NCBI GenBank assembly: GCA_027365105.1
Contig: DAHXNZ010000001.1
Location: 134,851 to 198,850 of the forward strand
Source of the DNA: Thermoplasmata archaeon
Lineage (GTDB): Archaea; Thermoplasmatota; Thermoplasmata; Lutacidiplasmatales; UBA184
DNA length: 64,000 nt
Reading direction: 5' to 3'
Of the stretch, positions 18,593-28,142 are shown piece by piece. Made by a program: the position numbers and the translations under genes. The notes beneath the pieces were generated by a model. The model made no database searches and had not been told where the DNA came from. It saw only the letters and a program-made list of their open reading frames with translations. Position 1 is the first letter of the stretch. Each line of letters opens with the position of its first letter.

Positions 18593-21039
18593 CCGACTAC
18601 CGGCTCTTCCTGCTGGGGGGGACCTACCGGTCCACGCCCGACGGGGTGGTGATCGAGCTGTTCGGGAAGACCCCGGAGGGGTCCTCCCTGGTCGCCCGAT
18701 ACTACGGATTTCGGCCGTACTTCCAGCTGACCGACCCCACGCCCGAGGAGCGGGATCGACTCTCGAAGGACCCCGAGGTGGTCCGGATCGAACCGAAACG
18801 CCTCTGGTTGGACGGGGGCGAGAGGACCGTACTGGAGGTGACGATCCGATCGCCCTGGAAGGTCCCCGAGTACCGGGAGCGGTATCGGCATCCGGGCGAA
18901 CGTCCCTCGGTCCTGGCCTGCGACATCCCGTTCGTCCACCGCTTCCTCTACGACAAGGGCCTCGGGCTCACCATCGCGTTTGAAGCCGAGGACGAACCGG
19001 AGGAGATCCGGCGGCTCTACACCGTCCCCACGGTCGTCCGGGTGATCGAAGGTCCCGGGGGAGGGATCCGCCCCACCGAGCCGTTCCGGCCCCCGCTACG
19101 GATCCTCGCCTTCGACATCGAGAATGCCATCCGGGAGCGGACGATCTTCACGATCTGCGGGGTGGCGGAGGGCGGAACGACGCCCCGAAGGACCTTCCAG
19201 TTGGAAGCCCCTCGGGAGGCCGAGATCCTGGCCCAGTTCGCCCAGATCCTGCGGGACGACGACCCCGACATCATCACCGGCTACAACATCGGCGGCTACG
19301 ATCTCCCCCTCCTCCTGGAGCGGGTCGAGGCGACGCGGGCCGGCCCCTTCGAGGTCGGCCGCGACAAGAGCCCGCCTCGGGACGCGGGGGAACGGCTCTT
19401 CCGGATCACCGGTCGGGTCGTGGCCGACGCCTGGTGGTCGGTCCGGCGGGACCTCAAACCCAAGCAGGAGACCCTCCAGTTCGTCGCCCGCACCCTGCTC
19501 GGCGACTCCAAGCTGGACGTCGACCGGCGGAACATCTCCCAGGAGTGGGCGCGGGACCGGGACCGGGTGAAGGAGTACTGTGAACACGACGCCGAACTGG
19601 CGCTCCGGATCCTCCAACGGCTGCGCACCGTCGAGCGGGCCGCCGACCTGGCGACGGTCGCCCGACTTCCCCTCGAGGAAGGTCTCAACGGCCGGACCTC
19701 GCAGTTCATCGACGCCCTGTTGGTGCCTCGAGCCGACCGGGAAGGGGTCGGCGTTCCCCCGAACCACATGGGCCGTCGCGAGAACCCGATCGAGGGCGGG
19801 TACGTCCATGCGATCCGTCCGGGAATCTACCGGTGGGTGGCCGTCCTCGACTTCAAGTCGATGTACCCGTCCATCATCATCTCGAAGAACCTCTGCTTCA
19901 CGACCCTCTCCCCCGAGGGGACCACCGTCGCCCCCGGGGGCGCCGCCCGGTTCCTCGCCCGGGAGGTCCGGCGCGGTCTCATCCCCGCGATCCTCGAGGA
20001 GCTCCTGGCCGAGCGGGACCGGTTTCGGGGGCTGGCCCGTACGGCTTCGACGCCCGAGCTCCGGGAGTACTACGACGGGCTCCAGAGCGCGGTCAAGGTC
20101 CTGATGAACTCCTTTTACGGCGTCCTCGCCTCGAGCTTCTACCGGTTCACCGACAAGGAGATCGGCGCCGCGATCACCGCCTTTGCCCGGGAGGCGATCA
20201 CCCACATCATCCGCACCCTGGAATCCGACGGCCACGAGGTGGTCTACTCCGACACCGACAGCGTCTTCGTCCGCTCGCCCGAGGCCACCCTCGAGGGCGC
20301 CCGACGGTTCGGCGAGCAGATCGCCCAGCGGTTCACCCAATCGGGGGTCACGTTCGAATTCCAGTCGGTCTATTCGGTCTTCTTCTCCCACGGGGCGAAG
20401 AAGCGGTACGTCGCCCGGCAGGTCTGGCCCAAGGAGGAGACGATCGTCCGCGGGTACGAGACCCGTCGGACCGACGCGTTCGACTACCAATCGTCGGCCC
20501 TCCAAGAGATCTTCGAGCGGGTGCTCGCCGAGGATATCGACGGTCTCCTTCGCCGGTCCCGGGAGCTGGTCGCGGCGGTCCGCAACCGGCAGGTGCCCCC
20601 GGCCCAGCTGGTGATCGCCCGGTCGGTCCGTCCCGAGGAACAGTACAACGAGGCGACCCGGGAGGCACTCCCGTTTCTCCGCGTCTTCCGGCAGCTCAAG
20701 GAGGAAGGCTACGACGTGATCCCGGGAATGAAGGTGGCCTGGATCGTCACCGACTCCCGCCAGAGCCCCCAGGCGATCGAACCCTGGGTCGAGGGGCGGC
20801 CGCTGACCCGGGAGCCCGACTGGGAGTACTACGCCGACCGCGTCGCCCAGACCCTGGCCCGCGTGACCGAGGTCTTTTCATGGGATGCCGCAGCCCTCCT
20901 GCGGGGCAACCACCAGCGGCGGATCGACGGCCCCTCGCCCTCCGCCCCGTCGAAGGTTCCGACTACCCTCGACACCCCCTTGGACCAGGTCGACCGCCCC
21001 GCCCGCCGGCGCACCCGGTCGCTGAACGATTGGAGTTAA
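18589..21039 (+). CDS. polB: DNA polymerase, family B (archaeal PolB)
   Basis: 816 aa with exo I FDIE, motif A DFKSMYPSII, motif B, and motif C as YSDTDS (canonical is YGDTDS; the catalytic DTD is retained). GTG start. Confidence 0.9.
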   Translation: MTDYRLFLLGGTYRSTPDGVVIELFGKTPEGSSLVARYYGFRPYFQLTDPTPEERDRLSKDPEVVRIEPKRLWLDGGERTVLEVTIRSPWKVPEYRERYRHPGERPSVLACDIPFVHRFLYDKGLGLTIAFEAEDEPEEIRRLYTVPTVVRVIEGPGGGIRPTEPFRPPLRILAFDIENAIRERTIFTICGVAEGGTTPRRTFQLEAPREAEILAQFAQILRDDDPDIITGYNIGGYDLPLLLERVEATRAGPFEVGRDKSPPRDAGERLFRITGRVVADAWWSVRRDLKPKQETLQFVARTLLGDSKLDVDRRNISQEWARDRDRVKEYCEHDAELALRILQRLRTVERAADLATVARLPLEEGLNGRTSQFIDALLVPRADREGVGVPPNHMGRRENPIEGGYVHAIRPGIYRWVAVLDFKSMYPSIIISKNLCFTTLSPEGTTVAPGGAARFLAREVRRGLIPAILEELLAERDRFRGLARTASTPELREYYDGLQSAVKVLMNSFYGVLASSFYRFTDKEIGAAITAFAREAITHIIRTLESDGHEVVYSDTDSVFVRSPEATLEGARRFGEQIAQRFTQSGVTFEFQSVYSVFFSHGAKKRYVARQVWPKEETIVRGYETRRTDAFDYQSSALQEIFERVLAEDIDGLLRRSRELVAAVRNRQVPPAQLVIARSVRPEEQYNEATREALPFLRVFRQLKEEGYDVIPGMKVAWIVTDSRQSPQAIEPWVEGRPLTREPDWEYYADRVAQTLARVTEVFSWDAAALLRGNHQRRIDGPSPSAPSKVPTTLDTPLDQVDRPARRRTRSLNDWS

Positions 21040-21989
21040 GGGCCGCCGCCCGCGCCGGGATCGGCCCCGGTTCGCGGCGGCGCCTGTTCGACCGCGGCTG
21101 CGAGGGCCGCCCCCACGATCGCGATCGGAACCCCGACCAGGGCGAGCCACGACGGGAGCCGGTGGAGGAGCCCCGCCGTCAGGCCCAGGGTCACGATCGG
21201 GATGACGACCATGAGGAGAGCGGGAAGCACCAGGCCCGCCCGCTGGATCGCGTGGAAGTAGAGGTACGGGGCGATCCAGAAGGTCGTGAGGCCGGTGATC
21301 GCCAGCAGGATGAGATCGGCCGGGCCGATGGCCCCCAGGCCGGCCCAGCCGCCCGGCCCGAGGAGGGTGGCGGCCCCCACCAGGGCCGCGGCGCCGAGCA
21401 TCGTCTGGCTGACGACGGCGACCGGGGCAATCCTCCGATTCGCCCGGGCCGTGACCAGGAAGTAGAGGGCCACCGTGAGCGGGACGGTCGGAGCGACGAG
21501 GAGCCCGACCCCGTGGGGCGAGAGCAGGGCCGATCCGCCGACGACGGCCAAGGAGCCCCCGGCCACGCAGAGCAGGACCCCGCCGACGAAGGCGCCCGTC
21601 GTCCAGAGACCCCGGTGCTCCCGGAACAGCAGGGTCGCGAGGAGGGGGGTCGCCACCACGTCGCCCATCAGCGAGAGGAGGGCGGCATCGACCGGGCCGT
21701 CGAGGAATGTCGCGGCCACGACGGAGGCCTGCATGGCAATGATCAATAGGATCCGCCCCCAGGCTCCCCGATCGGTCCACAACGCAGTCCAGCGGGCGGC
21801 GTGGCCGTTCCGGACGGCCATCACGGAGTAGGCCAGACCTCCGAACAGGAACGGGTAGAACAGGATCGCACCGGTCGGTGTGCCCGGGGTCAGGGAGAGG
21901 ATCAGGAGATAGTAGAACGCCCAGAGTACCGCCGCCAGGACCGCGGCCAGAGCGGCCGTCGCGCGGCGGGAGGAGAGAGGAACCTTCAT
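21036..21989 (-). CDS. Membrane transporter, probably DMT/EamA family (10 TM)
   Basis: 317 aa of almost entirely hydrophobic helices in two pseudo-repeats. Convergent 4-nt overlap with PolB. Confidence 0.6.
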   Translation of the reverse strand: MKVPLSSRRATAALAAVLAAVLWAFYYLLILSLTPGTPTGAILFYPFLFGGLAYSVMAVRNGHAARWTALWTDRGAWGRILLIIAMQASVVAATFLDGPVDAALLSLMGDVVATPLLATLLFREHRGLWTTGAFVGGVLLCVAGGSLAVVGGSALLSPHGVGLLVAPTVPLTVALYFLVTARANRRIAPVAVVSQTMLGAAALVGAATLLGPGGWAGLGAIGPADLILLAITGLTTFWIAPYLYFHAIQRAGLVLPALLMVVIPIVTLGLTAGLLHRLPSWLALVGVPIAIVGAALAAAVEQAPPRTGADPGAGGGP

Positions 21990-22038
21990 ACGTCGGCCGG
22001 CCCGCCCTCGGCGGCGGGACCGGCAGGCTCGGGAGGGT

Positions 22039-23094
22039 CTAAGAGTATCCTTCGAAGGCGAGGTGGCGGTCGGGGATTGTGACCCCGCTCCCGCGGGTCA
22101 CCCGACCGATGACCCGAGCGTCCCGGGCGCCCGCGCGCTCCAATCGCCCGATCCAGGCTTCGGCGGTGCCCCGCGCCACTGCGAGCACGAAACCGATGCC
22201 CATGTTGAAGGTCTGGAACATCTCTCGGTCGTCCAGGCCTCCGAGCTCCCGGATCCAGCCGAACAGCCCGGGGGGCCGGGGCCAACGGTCGAGGACGAAG
22301 GCGCGGGCGTCGTGGAGCCGGACCAGGTTGCGGACCCCCCCGCCGGAGAGGTGGGCGAGACCATGGAGCGTCGGCTCGTCGGCGACCCGGTCGACGACCG
22401 AGGCATAGATCCGGGTCGGTCGGAGGAGTTCCCGGGCGACGGCCGTGCGTCCGCCGGGCCGGGGGGCCCTGAGGTCCACGCCGCGCTCCGTCACAAGGCG
22501 CCGGACGAGCGTGTAGCCGTTGGCATGGAAGCCGCTGGAAGGAAGTCCGATCAGATGGTCGCCCGGTCGAAGGGCGCGTCCGAGGATCGGCCGGCGCCCC
22601 TTCGGGAAGTACCCGACCGCGGTTCCTCCGAGATCCCATCCGGCGACCTGGTCCCCCACGACCGCCGTCTCGCCGCCCAACAGGTGGCAACCGGCCTGTC
22701 GCAGGCCGCGGTCGATCCCCCGACCCAGCGATCGGAGGATGGCGGTGTCCACGTCCCGGCAGACGATCGTGTCGAGCAGGCCGACCGGCCGCGCCCCCAC
22801 GGCGGCCAGGTCGTTCACATTGACCCCGACGATGTCCTGGCCCACCTCCTCGAACCGGCCGACCGCTTCGGCCAGCGCGACCTTGGTCCCGACGGTGTCG
22901 GTCGTCAGGGCGAGTGTCTCCGCACCGACCCGGACGAGCCCGGCAAAATGGCCGCGCGCCGGGAGCAGCCGTCCGGCCGTACGGGGGGCCCGGTACCGGA
23001 TCCCGGCCAGGAGGGCGCCGAGGGCCGACGTGATCGCGCCCCGGTCGACTCCGCTCGACGCGTAGGTCCAACCGGATCCCGAGGAGCGGGCCAC
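22039..23094 (-). CDS. purM: Phosphoribosylformylglycinamidine cyclo-ligase (AIR synthetase)
   Basis: PurM-family motifs: SGVDRGAI..., DTVGTKV, GVNVNDLAAVGARP, GGETAV. 351 aa. Confidence 0.85.
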   Translation of the reverse strand: MARSSGSGWTYASSGVDRGAITSALGALLAGIRYRAPRTAGRLLPARGHFAGLVRVGAETLALTTDTVGTKVALAEAVGRFEEVGQDIVGVNVNDLAAVGARPVGLLDTIVCRDVDTAILRSLGRGIDRGLRQAGCHLLGGETAVVGDQVAGWDLGGTAVGYFPKGRRPILGRALRPGDHLIGLPSSGFHANGYTLVRRLVTERGVDLRAPRPGGRTAVARELLRPTRIYASVVDRVADEPTLHGLAHLSGGGVRNLVRLHDARAFVLDRWPRPPGLFGWIRELGGLDDREMFQTFNMGIGFVLAVARGTAEAWIGRLERAGARDARVIGRVTRGSGVTIPDRHLAFEGYS

Positions 23095-23179
23095 GGGCCG
23101 GCGACCTCGCCCGGGGAGATAGGGTTATCGAGCCCACCCCCGGCACAGGGGTCATGTAGCGGCGTCCGGTCGCCCGGCC

Positions 23180-24523
23180 GTGCCGGCGCACCGTTTCCGC
23201 AACCCCGCCCCGGCCGCGCCGCCCTCGGTGGTCCAGATCGTCGCGGGGCGGACCTGGCTCCATGGGCGCCTCGAGAGCATCGAGATCGGGATCGACGAGG
23301 ACGGATGGATCCGACGCGTCGCGAAGAGCCTGACCGGCGCTCCCCGCCGCGACTTCGGGGAGGCGGTCATCCTGCCGAGCGCCGTCGACCTCCATGTCCA
23401 TTTCCGGGAACCGGGCGGGGACCCCCGGGTCGAGTCGGTGGCCGACGGGACGATCGAAGCGGCCCTCGGGGGGATCGGGCTGGCCGCCGACATGCCGAAC
23501 ACCCGGCCACCGACCGATCGGGTCGACCGGCTCACGGAGCGGGCCGACCGGGCGCGGGGCCGGGCCGCGATTGATCTCCTGCTCTACGCGACGCCGACGC
23601 GGCCGGACCAGATCCCGGCCCTCGGTCGCGCCGCGGGCGCCTTCAAGCTCTTCCTTGGGCCGACGACCGGGATCGGGAGCCCTCCCGATCCGCTCGAACT
23701 CCCGGGGCTGCTCCGGGCGGTCGCCGACACCGGCCTCCCGCTCACGGTCCACGCCGAGGATCCCGAGGCGTTCCCCCCGGGGCCGGAGCCCGCCGACACG
23801 GTCGACTGGGATCGCCGGCGGCCGAAGGCCGCCGAGGCCCGAGCCATCGACCGGCTCGGATCGGGCCCCGCTCGGTTACGGCTCCACGTCGCCCACATCA
23901 CCGACCCGGAGTCGATCCCCCGGCTCGCCGCCCAGGGCGTCTCCTTCGAGGCCACGCCCCACCATCTGCTGCTGGAGACGAATCCCGGCGACGGCCCCCG
24001 GCGCAAGGTCAACCCCCCGCTCCGGAGCCCGGCCGATCGGGCGGCGCTCTTCCGCGCGTTCCGGGAGGGTCGGATCCCGGTCCTGGCGAGCGACCACGCC
24101 CCGCATTCGATCGCCGAAAAGGACCGACCGTTTGCCCTCGCCCCCAGCGGGGTCCCGGGCGTCGAAACCATGCTCCCGCTCCTCCTCGAGGAGGTCCGCC
24201 GCGGAGAGCTGGATCTCGGGGTCCTGGTCCGCGCTGCGATGGAACGGCCGGCCCGCTGGCTCGGTCAGCCCATGGGCCGGATCGCGCCCGGGCACCGCGC
24301 CCACCTCATCGTCGTGGATTTCCGGGACCGACGGACCATCGCCTCCCGTCGCCTCCACGCCCCGTGCGGCTGGACCCCCTTCGAGGGCTGGCCCGCGATC
24401 TTCCCCGGGACCCATCTCCTCTACGGGGTCCCCATCGTCGAGGACTCCGAACACGTCGGCCGCGCCGTCGGCCGCGTGCACCGCCCCGAGTTCGCCCCCG
24501 GCGTCCGGCCGCCGTCCTCCTGA
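23180..24523 (+). CDS. pyrC: Dihydroorotase (cyclic amidohydrolase family)
   Basis: DLHVHFREPG metal-binding motif, LTVHAED, HVAHIT, ASDHAPH. The start is uncertain and may be a downstream GTG. Confidence 0.75.
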   Translation: MPAHRFRNPAPAAPPSVVQIVAGRTWLHGRLESIEIGIDEDGWIRRVAKSLTGAPRRDFGEAVILPSAVDLHVHFREPGGDPRVESVADGTIEAALGGIGLAADMPNTRPPTDRVDRLTERADRARGRAAIDLLLYATPTRPDQIPALGRAAGAFKLFLGPTTGIGSPPDPLELPGLLRAVADTGLPLTVHAEDPEAFPPGPEPADTVDWDRRRPKAAEARAIDRLGSGPARLRLHVAHITDPESIPRLAAQGVSFEATPHHLLLETNPGDGPRRKVNPPLRSPADRAALFRAFREGRIPVLASDHAPHSIAEKDRPFALAPSGVPGVETMLPLLLEEVRRGELDLGVLVRAAMERPARWLGQPMGRIAPGHRAHLIVVDFRDRRTIASRRLHAPCGWTPFEGWPAIFPGTHLLYGVPIVEDSEHVGRAVGRVHRPEFAPGVRPPSS

Positions 24524-24569
24524 GCAGGGCCGGCCCCGGGGGCGGGAGATCCGCCGGGTCTCGAAGGGT

Positions 24570-25253
24570 TCACTCCCGAAGGTCCGAAGTCGCCGGTGCC
24601 GACCGCCACCGGGGACCCCGGCGCGGTGGCCAGCCGAAGGAGACCAGTCCGGCCGCGATCAGGATGACGTAGAGGACCGCGACCGCGATGAGGCCGAGGA
24701 GAAGGTCGTTGGCCACATTGAAGTAGCTCGAGACGACGGTCCAGTCGGAGCGCAGCAGGTAGCCGGCGTAGATCAGTCCGACCGTGAACGGAAGGGAGCC
24801 GACAAAGGTGTACACCCCGAAGCGGCCCGCGTTCATCCGCGCGGCTCCGGCCGGGTAGCTGATGTACCCGCGCAGGACCGGCAGGACCCGGCAGACGATG
24901 ACCGTGATCTCCCCGTGCCTCGAGAACCATCGATCCATCCGGTCGAGGTGGCTCGCCTCCAGGTGGAAGGGGCCGATCCCCAGCGTGGTCAGGCGGTCCC
25001 GGGCCCATCGGCCGATGCCGTAGGCGATGAACGAGCCGGCGAGACCTCCCACGAGGGCGGCCCCGATGGCCCCGGTCGCCGAGTAGGTCCCGTCAGCGAT
25101 CAGGAAGCCCGCGAACGGGAGGATCACCTCGCTGGGCAAGGGCGGGATCCCGAAGCTCTCGACCGCCATCAGGGCCAGCAGGCCGGGCAGGCCCACCACG
25201 GTCATCACGGTCGTGATCCAGCTCACGAGCGTCTGGATCAGGGGGAGGTTCAC
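24570..25253 (-). CDS. DedA/SNARE-associated (TVP38) family membrane protein
   Basis: ...GLPGLLALMAVESFGIPPLPSEVILPFAGFL... and the VLPVLRGYISYPAG motif are typical DedA. Confidence 0.75.
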   Translation of the reverse strand: MNLPLIQTLVSWITTVMTVVGLPGLLALMAVESFGIPPLPSEVILPFAGFLIADGTYSATGAIGAALVGGLAGSFIAYGIGRWARDRLTTLGIGPFHLEASHLDRMDRWFSRHGEITVIVCRVLPVLRGYISYPAGAARMNAGRFGVYTFVGSLPFTVGLIYAGYLLRSDWTVVSSYFNVANDLLLGLIAVAVLYVILIAAGLVSFGWPPRRGPRWRSAPATSDLRE

Positions 25254-25525
25254 GAGCTCGACCTCCCCGGGGCCGTCGGGGGTTCCGCGGGGGGGAATAT
25301 CAGGCGATACGGGGCCTTCAACCGGACGTTGGTCCGCGCCGGAATCCCCTCCACCTCCAGGGGGGTCTGGCAGCCGCCGCAGCTGACCGACGGTCTCTGG
25401 CGGCCGAGCGCGATCGAAAGCGCAATCCCGACCTCCACGCCGACCGGCTTCACCGGAGCCCTCCGAATCGCGTCCGAGACCTCCCGGAGGAGAGCCTCCG
25501 CTGTTCGGTCGTGAGCCGCGGTCAT
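25250..25525 (-). CDS. Small hypothetical protein (91 aa)
   Basis: MTAAHDRTAEALLREVSDAIRRAPVKPVGVEVGIALS...CGGCQTPLEV.... Lies in-operon between the flippase and DedA, with a 4-nt overlap with the DedA start. It is the C-terminal in-frame part of track ORF 25250..26230. Confidence 0.4.
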   Translation of the reverse strand: MTAAHDRTAEALLREVSDAIRRAPVKPVGVEVGIALSIALGRQRPSVSCGGCQTPLEVEGIPARTNVRLKAPYRLIFPPAEPPTAPGRSSS

Positions 25526-25611
25526 GAGGGTTTCGAGACCCCCCGGAGCTTTAACGGATGCCCCCGACGGGCCGACCCTTCCGGAGACGGGTGAGGGGGC
25601 TTTGGCCCGCA

Positions 25612-27165
25612 TCAGCCCGGCGGCCGGGCCAGCGCCGCCACGCGTCGGACCAACGGGATCCGTCGGCCGATCATCTGCTCGATGGCCACCAGAAGCAGCC
25701 GGTCCCCTTCGTCGATGCTCCGGGTCACCAGCGTCATCCCCACGAACAGAAGGGCGATCCCGAGGCCGATCGGGGGGAGCCACCAGACCGAGATCGTCCG
25801 GGGAACGAGGAGGAGCAGGAGCGCCGTCGGAACCGCCGTCGCGAAGAGCGGGGTCACGAAGTGGCGGCGGAAGGGGTGGACGCTGCCGAGCATCTCGACC
25901 TCGATCAGGGAGAGGGCCGGATAGACCGCGTTCGCCGAACACCACGCGATCGCGGCGCCGACCAGGCCGAAGTGCGGGATCAGGAGCCAGGCGAGCCCCA
26001 GGTCGACGGCGCCGGCGACGATCGAGTTGTAGAGCAGGAGCCGGGTCTGGCCGAAGGCGACCTGGGCCGCCGCTGCCGGGCCGACAATCGTCGAGGCGAA
26101 CGCACCCAGGGTGACCACCTGGAGCGGCAGCGTGACCGACGTGTAGGCCGAGCCGTAGACCAGCCCGAGCGACGGGCCCGGCAGGAAGACGAACAGGAGA
26201 AAGAGCGGCAGCGAGGCGAGGACCATCCACTTGGTGGCCGTCACGTACAGGATCCGGACCGAGCCCATCTCCCGGTCCCGGATGTACTTCGTCGCGACGG
26301 GCAGGAAGATGTAGCTCAGCGCGCCGATCCCGAGGGTCAGGAGCCGGGCCATCGTCAGGGAGGCGACGTACGTCCCGACATGGAGGCTGTCGAAGGAACC
26401 GAGCACGAGGGTATCGCCGTAGCTCGTGAAGTAGGCCATGACCCCCACGGCGAAGAGCGGGGCCGTGAAGGCGAGCAGGATCCGGGCCGATCCGGCCGCC
26501 CGGGGGCCGGGAGCCAGGTGGTGGGGGAGCTTCCAGAGCGCGTAGATCAGGATCGCCGAAAGGCTGGCGCCGGCGGCGGCGACGTACGCATAGACCGCAT
26601 AGAGGTAGGTCAGCCCGAACTCAGGCAGTACGAGCATCGCCGACAGGAAGAAGACGAAGAGGAACGGGTTCAGCGCCTGGAGAAAGTAGGCGTTGGGGCG
26701 GACATCCTCGTAGCCCTGAAAGACCGACGCGACCAGCCCCCCGAAGATCATGAACCCGGTGGAAAGGGAGAGGAGCTGCAGGGTCTCGGCCAGCGCCGGA
26801 GAGGAGACCGCCCGGGCGATGTCGGGCCCGAGCAGGTAGAGCAGGATCGTCGCGACCACGGACGCCGCCCCGCCCACCACGAGAGCCGTCCGGACAATCC
26901 CGCGCCGTCGATCCTCGCTGTCGGCATACGGCAGGCACCGGGCGACCGCCGAGCCCAGGCCGAGCGATCCGAACGACGAGAGCAGGCCGGCGTAGGCGAA
27001 GCCCAAGGAAAGGGCCGACCAATCGGCCTCCGAAAGGCTACGGACCAGGATGACCCGGGTGACGAACGTGCCGCCGATTGAAACCAACGTGCCGACAAAG
27101 AGCAGAAGCGAGCCCCGGGCCACCGAGCCCATCCCGTCGATGACGCGGGGCTGTGGGACCGCCAT
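25612..27165 (-). CDS. Polysaccharide biosynthesis protein / oligosaccharide flippase (Wzx/MATE-like, ~14 TM)
   Basis: ATG at 27165 (MAVPQPRVIDGMGSVARGSLLLFVGTLVSIGG...). Entirely helical, ~517 aa, MOP-superfamily flippase organisation. Confidence 0.7.
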   Translation of the reverse strand: MAVPQPRVIDGMGSVARGSLLLFVGTLVSIGGTFVTRVILVRSLSEADWSALSLGFAYAGLLSSFGSLGLGSAVARCLPYADSEDRRRGIVRTALVVGGAASVVATILLYLLGPDIARAVSSPALAETLQLLSLSTGFMIFGGLVASVFQGYEDVRPNAYFLQALNPFLFVFFLSAMLVLPEFGLTYLYAVYAYVAAAGASLSAILIYALWKLPHHLAPGPRAAGSARILLAFTAPLFAVGVMAYFTSYGDTLVLGSFDSLHVGTYVASLTMARLLTLGIGALSYIFLPVATKYIRDREMGSVRILYVTATKWMVLASLPLFLLFVFLPGPSLGLVYGSAYTSVTLPLQVVTLGAFASTIVGPAAAAQVAFGQTRLLLYNSIVAGAVDLGLAWLLIPHFGLVGAAIAWCSANAVYPALSLIEVEMLGSVHPFRRHFVTPLFATAVPTALLLLLVPRTISVWWLPPIGLGIALLFVGMTLVTRSIDEGDRLLLVAIEQMIGRRIPLVRRVAALARPPG

Positions 27166-27242
27166 CGTCGCCGGCCCGCGGTGGAACCTGATCCTACTTA
27201 ATGGTTCCAATGGCGAAGCACTCGAGGCGTTCCATCCAGAGC

Positions 27243-28142
27243 TCAGACAAACTCGTCGAGCACCGACTCATGCCCCTTGAGGCCGGCCGGCTGCTGGGCG
27301 AGCGGTCCCTGGGTCAAGACCTCCTCGAGTTCCTCGTAGGTGGGCCGGTCGGCCTTGTAGAAGAGCCCGATCGGGATCTTCTCCCCCCACTCGAGCGCAC
27401 GCTGCCAAGCGGTCACGATGTTGGTGGGATCGTGTCCTGAGCTCTCCAGCTTGTAGACCCGCTGGCGGAAAAAGTCGAAGGTGTTGATCTTGTTGTAGGT
27501 GACGCACGGGCTCATCACATCGACAAATGCGAATCCCCGGTGCCGAAGGCCGTTCGCGACCAGGTCGGCCAGGTGCTTCACATCCCCGGAGAAGCCGCGG
27601 GCGACGTACGTCGCTCCGCTCGCGAGAGCGAGTGCGATCGGATCGATCGGGTTCTCGATGACCCCCCGGGGAGTCGACTTCGTCTTCTGGCCCATCATCG
27701 ACGTGGGACTGGCCTGGCCGGTCGTCAGGCCGTAGATCTGGTTGTCCATCGTGACGTAGGTCAGCTTCACGTTCCGGCGCATCGCGTGGACGAAATGGCC
27801 GGCGCCGATCCCGAACCCGTCCCCGTCGCCCCCGGTTCCGATGACCGTGAGGCCGTGGTTCGCCCACCGGATCCCCTCGGCGACCGGGAGGGCCCGCCCG
27901 TGGATCGAATGGAAGCCGTAGGAGGACAGGAAGTGCGGGAGGTTGCTCGAGCAGCCGATCCCCGAGACAATCACCACGTCGTGGCTGGGCAGCCCGAGCT
28001 TCTTCACGGCCATCTCGACGGCCGCCACCACCCCATAATCCCCGCACCCCGGGCACCACGTCGGCTTGGTGTCCGACTTGGTGATCAGGGGGAGCGAGGT
28101 ACCTACGATCGACTTGGAGGCCGCTACTGTACTATCCGCCAT
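27243..28142 (-). CDS. korB: 2-oxoacid:ferredoxin oxidoreductase, beta subunit (TPP-binding)
   Basis: WCPGCGDYG, GIGCSS and GDGDGFGIG TPP-binding motifs. 299 aa. Confidence 0.9.
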   Translation of the reverse strand: MADSTVAASKSIVGTSLPLITKSDTKPTWCPGCGDYGVVAAVEMAVKKLGLPSHDVVIVSGIGCSSNLPHFLSSYGFHSIHGRALPVAEGIRWANHGLTVIGTGGDGDGFGIGAGHFVHAMRRNVKLTYVTMDNQIYGLTTGQASPTSMMGQKTKSTPRGVIENPIDPIALALASGATYVARGFSGDVKHLADLVANGLRHRGFAFVDVMSPCVTYNKINTFDFFRQRVYKLESSGHDPTNIVTAWQRALEWGEKIPIGLFYKADRPTYEELEEVLTQGPLAQQPAGLKGHESVLDEFV

